Positions 52,373 to 64,000 of a DNA stretch of 64,000 bases are shown piece by piece; within the stretch, counting starts at the first letter, position 1; each line of letters starts with the position of its first letter. Both the position numbers and the translations under genes were made by a program. The notes below the pieces were generated by a model. It was not told where the DNA came from and ran no database searches. It saw nothing but the letters and a program-made list of their open reading frames with translations. The stretch is from Mytilus trossulus. Its lineage: Eukaryota. Where the stretch lies: positions 27,776,001-27,840,000 of the forward strand of contig NC_086381.1 of assembly GCF_036588685.1 (NCBI RefSeq). The letters are read 5' to 3'.

Positions 52373-54008
52373 ACTGACCTTTACTCTATACAATAACGGC
52401 CCTTTTAAGGGCCACCAATATTTTCCAAAAAGAGTCTGAATATGTTGTACATCAAAATCAAATATAGCTGAAACCCCCTCTCCACATCTTTCTTTATTCT
52501 TCTTTCTCTCCACATCTCTCTTTATTCTTCTTTCTTATTATCTTTTTTTTTTGCACTCACTTAAGATTAGACAAGTCGGGTTACTGTATTGATAGAAGAA
52601 AAATATAGAGAAACTTATTTCATAACATGCAAAGAAGAGAAATAAAAGGATAAATAGAGATAGAGAGACATACATATTTTTTATTTATCTAATTCTTCCA
52701 AATCCTTCGGAAAAAACAAGAATGTTATACATTTTCTGGTATACCCTCCTGAAAAAATTAACATACATGTATACATTTAAATAAAAAAAAGGTAAGAAAA
52801 AACATACTCCAAGAACAATACAATCCATCTTCTAATTACAGAATTATTAAAATGTATTTCTTTCTAATTTCTGTGGTTATATTTTTCTCTAAATTGCATT
52901 TTTCTCGGTCTTATTTTCTCACTTATTTTTTAGATGCTTTTTTTATGTATTTTTTACTCATATTGTGTATTCTACTGTGACAACATGAGAAGAATCAATT
53001 ATTTTATATTTCTGAAATATATTTTCGGTACGGGTCCAAGTAGTCCACCTTAAATTCTCATTGAAAACTTTGTCTCCATCAATTGTGTGTTACAGAAAGA
53101 AGTTTTTCTTGAATACCTTTATTTTGTGCTTAAAATGCATCTATTTTGGGTGCTCTATGTGCCTTATAAATGATGTGAACATGTGTGCGGATGAATCTTT
53201 TTTTCCCATTGGTGGAGAAAAATAGACAAGGCGCAATAATTCATTCATTCAATGATGTACCAATTGTGGTATTTAAAAAGTGAGGCTGCACTGTGTACAT
53301 TTCAAAAACCTATGACTACATGTATAAAGTAGCTGCTAAATTTAGAAAGATTCCTAATTAGTTGTTAAAAGATGAGCATTGATTGTATACATGTAATAAT
53401 AACATGTTTGAAATGTGAATTTCCCGGGACATCTTTATTGAAACTGGTAAAGGTGATTTTGAGAAAAATTATCATGCACACCTGTTTTTATTTACAAATC
53501 TATCTGTCCATGCTTAAATAACTGACTGGTATGCTGTAGTTTAGTTTTTACTCTTTTACTCTCTTAAGTCTGCAGAGTGGACTATCTCTGAAACTGTATC
53601 TTTTGAACAAGAAAAATACTGTATAAAAAGATTTTCTTTAAACTAATTGTTTTTATATTGCAATTGCACATTGTTAACTCCTGCTTATGTATGCAGTGTG
53701 ATATGTTCTTGTATTTTAAGTAAAAGGAAATAAATCTCTTTCACATTGGAAAATATAAGAAGTATTAATTGATGATGGAGATCATTAGTTATTTGGTCCA
53801 TCTCTTATAATCTTTGTATTTTTATTTGTATACAGTTTGAAATATTTTATTTTCATATATTTTCAGAGCTTCAGTCAAAAAGTGGATTGAAAGTGTACAG
53901 AATTCCTACAGAGTTACCTCCCGGATTTAGACGAAAACAACCAATCAGGTCCAACCTATCAAAAATTCAGTGGTATTTCTTTTAGGGCCGCGTTCATCAG
54001 ATATATAG

Positions 54009-54374
<366 letters not shown>

Positions 54375-54954
54375 ACAGCCAGCTGAAAAATACAAATACA
54401 ACGGCCCTTTTCAGGGCCACCAACATATTTCAAAAAGAATCTGCCTTTGTTGTACTTAAAATGAAAACCATAGCTTTCTCCTGTCCAACTTTCTTTACTT
54501 TCCTTTTTCTTTTATTCGTTTATTTTTTTTAATTTCTTTTCACTTTTTTTATTTAAGCCTATTAAAAAAAGACCAGCAAGACTTTGGATACAATATGATT
54601 CCTGATTTTTTTAATGTAAATAAAATTATTCTTTATTTCATATATATTCTTTTATGTAAAAGATATATTGCTGAATTTTTCTCCATTGTCAAACTCTAGT
54701 TATATTGTTTTTATATCCTAAAACAATCCCCCTCCCCCTTTTTTCTCTCTGTCGACGTATGTGTGAATTTAATCTGTTCGTGATATTTTTTTATATAATG
54801 TTTCAATACATATTCAAGTATAGTTCGATTCTAGACCCCCTCCCCCCCCCAAAAAAAAGAGGGAAGAAATGTATAACCCGTGAAAAGGTTAAATTCTGGT
54901 GTATGTATATTTTTTCAAATCGGCTAATAAAATGAAGAATAAAGAAGAGAAAAA

Positions 54955-54986
<32 letters not shown>

Positions 54987-55141
54987 CAAAAAGACAGAAT
55001 TCAGATATAAACAAATTTGTCATTTTGGGGTGGGACACAGCTTCATTTAGAAGTTTGTTATGTACAACAATAATAAGACTCTTTTTGAAAAATATTGGTG
55101 GCCCTGAAAAGGGCCGTTTGTGAAGTTAAACTTCTCGTTGT

Positions 55142-55516
55142 TTACTTGCTGCTGGTGTACTTTGTGACGGCTTTGGTACCTTCACTGACAGCGTGCTTGG
55201 CCAATTCACCGGGTAAGAGCAGACGAACTGCAGTCTGGATCTCCCGAGATGTGATGGTAGATCTCTTGTTGTAGTGAGCGAGACGGGAAGCTTCTGCAGC
55301 GATTCTCTCAAAGATATCGTTGACAAAACTGTTCATGATAGACATAGCCTTTGAGGATACTCCAGTGTCTGGGTGAACCTGTCTCAAGACTTTGTAGATG
55401 TAGATGGCATAGGATTCTCTCCTCTTCCTCCTCCTTTTCTTGTCACCGCCGGGTCTGGCAGTCTTTGCCTTTGTTACGGCCTTTTTGGCTCCTTTGGTTC
55501 CAACTTTTGGTGGCAT
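55142..55516 (-). CDS. H2B: Histone H2B (type B unit)
   Basis: Identical 124-aa ORF. Confidence 0.99.
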   Translation of the reverse strand: MPPKVGTKGAKKAVTKAKTARPGGDKKRRRKRRESYAIYIYKVLRQVHPDTGVSSKAMSIMNSFVNDIFERIAAEASRLAHYNKRSTITSREIQTAVRLLLPGELAKHAVSEGTKAVTKYTSSK

Positions 55517-55794
55517 TTTGAAAGATGTATACTCTCTGAAATGTAATCAGTGAATGATGGCCGTTAATAAAAATTTCTATTTATACTCGGCTAAACGGAT
55601 TGAAAGTTTTTACTTAACGCGAACTTCGGAGAGAGCACCCTTCTAACATTCAACCCTAACTACCTGGAAGAAGCGATGATTTGATTGGTTTAGAACTGAA
55701 ACATCTTTCAATCCGTTTTGCGGGTATAAATAGTAAAATACCACCTAACTGGATAATCATTGTTTATACTTGTTCAAGTCAAACAACGTATTAA

Positions 55795-56178
<384 letters not shown>

Positions 56179-57506
56179 AGTCAACACTACAGAAACTTCA
56201 CTTACAACGGCCCTTTTCAGGGCCACCAACATTTTTCAAAAAGAATCTGACTTTGTTGTACAATTTAGTTGAATGCAGAAAGCAATCTCAAACATAGCTC
56301 ACTCCCTCCATTTCTCTTGTCTTTATCTCTTTATTTTTCCTTTTCTTTATAAACAGCATACAGATGTCTACTTTCTAATTATATATATAACAATATTTGA
56401 TGTGGAAAAAAAATGAAGAACAGTACGAGTTTCTTTTTTTCCCCTATAAAAGTCCAAGAAAATAAACGAACTATATAACGTAGATTCGATGAAAATGCGC
56501 AAGCACGAGAGGAAGAAAAACTCATAGTTGTTAGTGGTCAATGTTGCATATTTTTTTGGTGTAAATTAAGTTGCAGTCCTATATATTATACTATATAAGC
56601 ACACACAATACAATCTATGACCTTATTTTTATATAATATATATTCGTTCGTTCGTTGTCTGTCTAACTGTGATCTATGTGAATTCTTTTCTTCCTCTTCT
56701 GCTGTCACATTCTCTTAGATATATAATATATATTTTGTGTTCCTATACAAAGTACTTATGCGTATGTTTATAGTTGTGTAGATTATTTTTTAGCTCAAAT
56801 CCTTTGTATTTGCAAAATTCGTATATAAACAATAAAGAATACTTCAACAATGTGCAAGTTTCACAGTATGCGTGCAGTATACTATATAGAGAATATCATG
56901 GCTTTACATGATACAGAGACTAGAGAATACAGAGACTGTATAGCTAGAGAGAACACAAAGACTATAGAGAGGATAAAAAGTGTTCTCTTTGTTTTAAGAC
57001 ACTGAGACGAGTGACAATTGTGTACTATAGTAAGCATGTCTATACGAGAAACTAAGAAAACGGCTGCATTTCTATACCACTGGCTATTGATGAAAATGGA
57101 TGGATGATGTTTTTTTTCTCTTTTTTCTTCTTCTATTTTGCTCTTTAATTTACATTTCCTGTCAATTATTAATTTCGTGTCAGACTGTTGATTAAACAAT
57201 TATTTATTATTTGAATAAAGATTATTATTAAGTTCTGCATTACTCTTGATTATTATTTTTTTTGGTCTTATGTCAAATTTTCGCTGACACTATCAGAATA
57301 GAAACAAATTGTGCCAATTGTTAGCTTGGGGTGAACAATCATAGCTTCAGTCCAAAAAGGGATCGAAAGCTGTGAAAGTAACTTCCAGATCAGTCCAATC
57401 ATAACACAGAGATTTCAACCAATCAACGTGAGTTTTATTACCCCGAAAGGCCAATCAGTGTCGTGTTTGCAAACATTGCGGCTAGCACAAATACACTAAC
57501 ATTTGA

Positions 57507-57971
<465 letters not shown>

Positions 57972-59607
57972 ACTGACCTTTACTCTATACAATAACGGCC
58001 CTTTTAAGGGCCACCAATATTTTCCAAAAAGAGTCTGAATATGTTGTACATCAAAATCAAATATAGCTGAAACCCCCTCTCCACATCTTTCTTTATTCTT
58101 CTTTCTCTCCACATCTCTCTTTATTCTTCTTTCTTATTATCTTTTTTTTTTGCACTCACTTAAGATTAGACAAGTCGGGTTACTGTATTGATAGAAGAAA
58201 AATATAGAGAAACTTATTTCATAACATGCAAAGAAGAGAAATAAAAGGATAAATAGAGATAGAGAGACATACATATTTTTTATTTATCTAATTCTTCCAA
58301 ATCCTTCGGAAAAAACAAGAATGTTATACATTTTCTGGTATACCCTCCTGAAAAAATTAACATACATGTATACATTTAAATAAAAAAAAGGTAAGAAAAA
58401 ACATACTCCAAGAACAATACAATCCATCTTCTAATTACAGAATTATTAAAATGTATTTCTTTCTAATTTCTGTGGTTATATTTTTCTCTAAATTGCATTT
58501 TTCTCGGTCTTATTTTCTCACTTATTTTTTAGATGCTTTTTTTATGTATTTTTTACTCATATTGTGTATTCTACTGTGACAACATGAGAAGAATCAATTA
58601 TTTTATATTTCTGAAATATATTTTCGGTACGGGTCCAAGTAGTCCACCTTAAATTCTCATTGAAAACTTTGTCTCCATCAATTGTGTGTTACAGAAAGAA
58701 GTTTTTCTTGAATACCTTTATTTTGTGCTTAAAATGCATCTATTTTGGGTGCTCTATGTGCCTTATAAATGATGTGAACATGTGTGCGGATGAATCTTTT
58801 TTTCCCATTGGTGGAGAAAAATAGACAAGGCGCAATAATTCATTCATTCAATGATGTACCAATTGTGGTATTTAAAAAGTGAGGCTGCACTGTGTACATT
58901 TCAAAAACCTATGACTACATGTATAAAGTAGCTGCTAAATTTAGAAAGATTCCTAATTAGTTGTTAAAAGATGAGCATTGATTGTATACATGTAATAATA
59001 ACATGTTTGAAATGTGAATTTCCCGGGACATCTTTATTGAAACTGGTAAAGGTGATTTTGAGAAAAATTATCATGCACACCTGTTTTTATTTACAAATCT
59101 ATCTGTCCATGCTTAAATAACTGACTGGTATGCTGTAGTTTAGTTTTTACTCTTTTACTCTCTTAAGTCTGCAGAGTGGACTATCTCTGAAACTGTATCT
59201 TTTGAACAAGAAAAATACTGTATAAAAAGATTTTCTTTAAACTAATTGTTTTTATATTGCAATTGCACATTGTTAACTCCTGCTTATGTATGCAGTGTGA
59301 TATGTTCTTGTATTTTAAGTAAAAGGAAATAAATCTCTTTCACATTGGAAAATATAAGAAGTATTAATTGATGATGGAGATCATTAGTTATTTGGTCCAT
59401 CTCTTATAATCTTTGTATTTTTATTTGTATACAGTTTGAAATATTTTATTTTCATATATTTTCAGAGCTTCAGTCAAAAAGTGGATTGAAAGTGTACAGA
59501 ATTCCTACAGAGTTACCTCCCGGATTTAGACGAAAACAACCAATCAGGTCCAACCTATCAAAAATTCAGTGGTATTTCTTTTAGGGCCGCGTTCATCAGA
59601 TATATAG

Positions 59608-59973
<366 letters not shown>

Positions 59974-60736
59974 ACAGCCAGCTGAAAAATACAAATACAA
60001 CGGCCCTTTTCAGGGCCACCAACATATTTCAAAAAGAATCTGCCTTTGTTGTACTTAAAATGAAAACCATAGCTTTCTCCTGTCCAACTTTCTTTACTTT
60101 CCTTTTTCTTTTATTCGTTTATTTTTTTTAATTTCTTTTCACTTTTTTTATTTAAGCCTATTAAAAAAAGACCAGCAAGACTTTGGATACAATATGATTC
60201 CTGATTTTTTTAATGTAAATAAAATTATTCTTTATTTCATATATATTCTTTTATGTAAAAGATATATTGCTGAATTTTTCTCCATTGTCAAACTCTAGTT
60301 ATATTGTTTTTATATCCTAAAACAATCCCCCTCCCCCTTTTTTCTCTCTGTCGACGTATGTGTGAATTTAATCTGTTCGTGATATTTTTTTATATAATGT
60401 TTCAATACATATTCAAGTATAGTTCGATTCTAGACCCCCTCCCCCCCCCAAAAAAAAGAGGGAAGAAATGTATAACCCGTGAAAAGGTTAAATTCTGGTG
60501 TATGTATATTTTTTCAAATCGGCTAATAAAATGAAGAATAAAGAAGAGAAAAAAAGAAAGAAAGAAAGAAAGAAAGAAAGACAAAAAGACAGAATTCAGA
60601 TATAAACAAATTTGTCATTTTGGGGTGGGACACAGCTTCATTTAGAAGTTTGTTATGTACAACAATAATAAGACTCTTTTTGAAAAATATTGGTGGCCCT
60701 GAAAAGGGCCGTTTGTGAAGTTAAACTTCTCGTTGT

Positions 60737-61111
60737 TTACTTGCTGCTGGTGTACTTTGTGACGGCTTTGGTACCTTCACTGACAGCGTGCTTGGCCAAT
60801 TCACCGGGTAAGAGCAGACGAACTGCAGTCTGGATCTCCCGAGATGTGATGGTAGATCTCTTGTTGTAGTGAGCGAGACGGGAAGCTTCTGCAGCGATTC
60901 TCTCAAAGATATCGTTGACAAAACTGTTCATGATAGACATAGCCTTTGAGGATACTCCAGTGTCTGGGTGAACCTGTCTCAAGACTTTGTAGATGTAGAT
61001 GGCATAGGATTCTCTCCTCTTCCTCCTCCTTTTCTTGTCACCGCCGGGTCTGGCAGTCTTTGCCTTTGTTACGGCCTTTTTGGCTCCTTTGGTTCCAACT
61101 TTTGGTGGCAT
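60737..61111 (-). CDS. H2B: Histone H2B (type B unit)
   Basis: Identical 124-aa ORF. Confidence 0.99.
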   Translation of the reverse strand: MPPKVGTKGAKKAVTKAKTARPGGDKKRRRKRRESYAIYIYKVLRQVHPDTGVSSKAMSIMNSFVNDIFERIAAEASRLAHYNKRSTITSREIQTAVRLLLPGELAKHAVSEGTKAVTKYTSSK

Positions 61112-61389
61112 TTTGAAAGATGTATACTCTCTGAAATGTAATCAGTGAATGATGGCCGTTAATAAAAATTTCTATTTATACTCGGCTAAACGGATTGAAA
61201 GTTTTTACTTAACGCGAACTTCGGAGAGAGCACCCTTCTAACATTCAACCCTAACTACCTGGAAGAAGCGATGATTTGATTGGTTTAGAACTGAAACATC
61301 TTTCAATCCGTTTTGCGGGTATAAATAGTAAAATACCACCTAACTGGATAATCATTGTTTATACTTGTTCAAGTCAAACAACGTATTAA

Positions 61390-61773
<384 letters not shown>

Positions 61774-63101
61774 AGTCAACACTACAGAAACTTCACTTAC
61801 AACGGCCCTTTTCAGGGCCACCAACATTTTTCAAAAAGAATCTGACTTTGTTGTACAATTTAGTTGAATGCAGAAAGCAATCTCAAACATAGCTCACTCC
61901 CTCCATTTCTCTTGTCTTTATCTCTTTATTTTTCCTTTTCTTTATAAACAGCATACAGATGTCTACTTTCTAATTATATATATAACAATATTTGATGTGG
62001 AAAAAAAATGAAGAACAGTACGAGTTTCTTTTTTTCCCCTATAAAAGTCCAAGAAAATAAACGAACTATATAACGTAGATTCGATGAAAATGCGCAAGCA
62101 CGAGAGGAAGAAAAACTCATAGTTGTTAGTGGTCAATGTTGCATATTTTTTTGGTGTAAATTAAGTTGCAGTCCTATATATTATACTATATAAGCACACA
62201 CAATACAATCTATGACCTTATTTTTATATAATATATATTCGTTCGTTCGTTGTCTGTCTAACTGTGATCTATGTGAATTCTTTTCTTCCTCTTCTGCTGT
62301 CACATTCTCTTAGATATATAATATATATTTTGTGTTCCTATACAAAGTACTTATGCGTATGTTTATAGTTGTGTAGATTATTTTTTAGCTCAAATCCTTT
62401 GTATTTGCAAAATTCGTATATAAACAATAAAGAATACTTCAACAATGTGCAAGTTTCACAGTATGCGTGCAGTATACTATATAGAGAATATCATGGCTTT
62501 ACATGATACAGAGACTAGAGAATACAGAGACTGTATAGCTAGAGAGAACACAAAGACTATAGAGAGGATAAAAAGTGTTCTCTTTGTTTTAAGACACTGA
62601 GACGAGTGACAATTGTGTACTATAGTAAGCATGTCTATACGAGAAACTAAGAAAACGGCTGCATTTCTATACCACTGGCTATTGATGAAAATGGATGGAT
62701 GATGTTTTTTTTCTCTTTTTTCTTCTTCTATTTTGCTCTTTAATTTACATTTCCTGTCAATTATTAATTTCGTGTCAGACTGTTGATTAAACAATTATTT
62801 ATTATTTGAATAAAGATTATTATTAAGTTCTGCATTACTCTTGATTATTATTTTTTTTGGTCTTATGTCAAATTTTCGCTGACACTATCAGAATAGAAAC
62901 AAATTGTGCCAATTGTTAGCTTGGGGTGAACAATCATAGCTTCAGTCCAAAAAGGGATCGAAAGCTGTGAAAGTAACTTCCAGATCAGTCCAATCATAAC
63001 ACAGAGATTTCAACCAATCAACGTGAGTTTTATTACCCCGAAAGGCCAATCAGTGTCGTGTTTGCAAACATTGCGGCTAGCACAAATACACTAACATTTG
63101 A

Positions 63102-63566
<465 letters not shown>

Positions 63567-64000
63567 ACTGACCTTTACTCTATACAATAACGGCCCTTTT
63601 AAGGGCCACCAATATTTTCCAAAAAGAGTCTGAATATGTTGTACATCAAAATCAAATATAGCTGAAACCCCCTCTCCACATCTTTCTTTATTCTTCTTTC
63701 TCTCCACATCTCTCTTTATTCTTCTTTCTTATTATCTTTTTTTTTTGCACTCACTTAAGATTAGACAAGTCGGGTTACTGTATTGATAGAAGAAAAATAT
63801 AGAGAAACTTATTTCATAACATGCAAAGAAGAGAAATAAAAGGATAAATAGAGATAGAGAGACATACATATTTTTTATTTATCTAATTCTTCCAAATCCT
63901 TCGGAAAAAACAAGAATGTTATACATTTTCTGGTATACCCTCCTGAAAAAATTAACATACATGTATACATTTAAATAAAAAAAAGGTAAGAAAAAACATA

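Overview
This window is a eukaryotic (animal) tandem array of replication-dependent core histone genes. The ~5.6-kb unit is a quartet, H3> H4> <H2B H2A>, with no H1 or 5S rRNA gene. It holds 13 H3, 10 H4, 11 H2B and 11 H2A copies; one H2A is frameshifted. All are intronless and end in the histone 3' stem-loop plus a purine-rich HDE. The H2B N-tail and the quartet layout resemble mussel (Mytilus) histone repeats; this is from recollection, not a search. Two 100-N gaps split the window into three blocks: 1-18696 (type A units, period 5611-5613), 18797-46001 (type A, reverse orientation, period 5614-5616) and 46102-64000 (a distinct, internally homogeneous type B, period 5594-5599). The system itself is known biology, and I see no new protein-coding system. 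The most novel-looking signals are cis-regulatory. (i) A GGATYGAAAG motif occurs in all four promoters, inside a 27-bp H3/H4-shared element and a ~30-bp H2A/H2B inverted repeat. (ii) A TGTTGTAC box sits at a fixed +30/31 nt after the stem-loop of all four genes. (iii) The A and B unit types encode identical proteins but differ by indels within these elements and by (TTCG)14 versus (TTCG)3.
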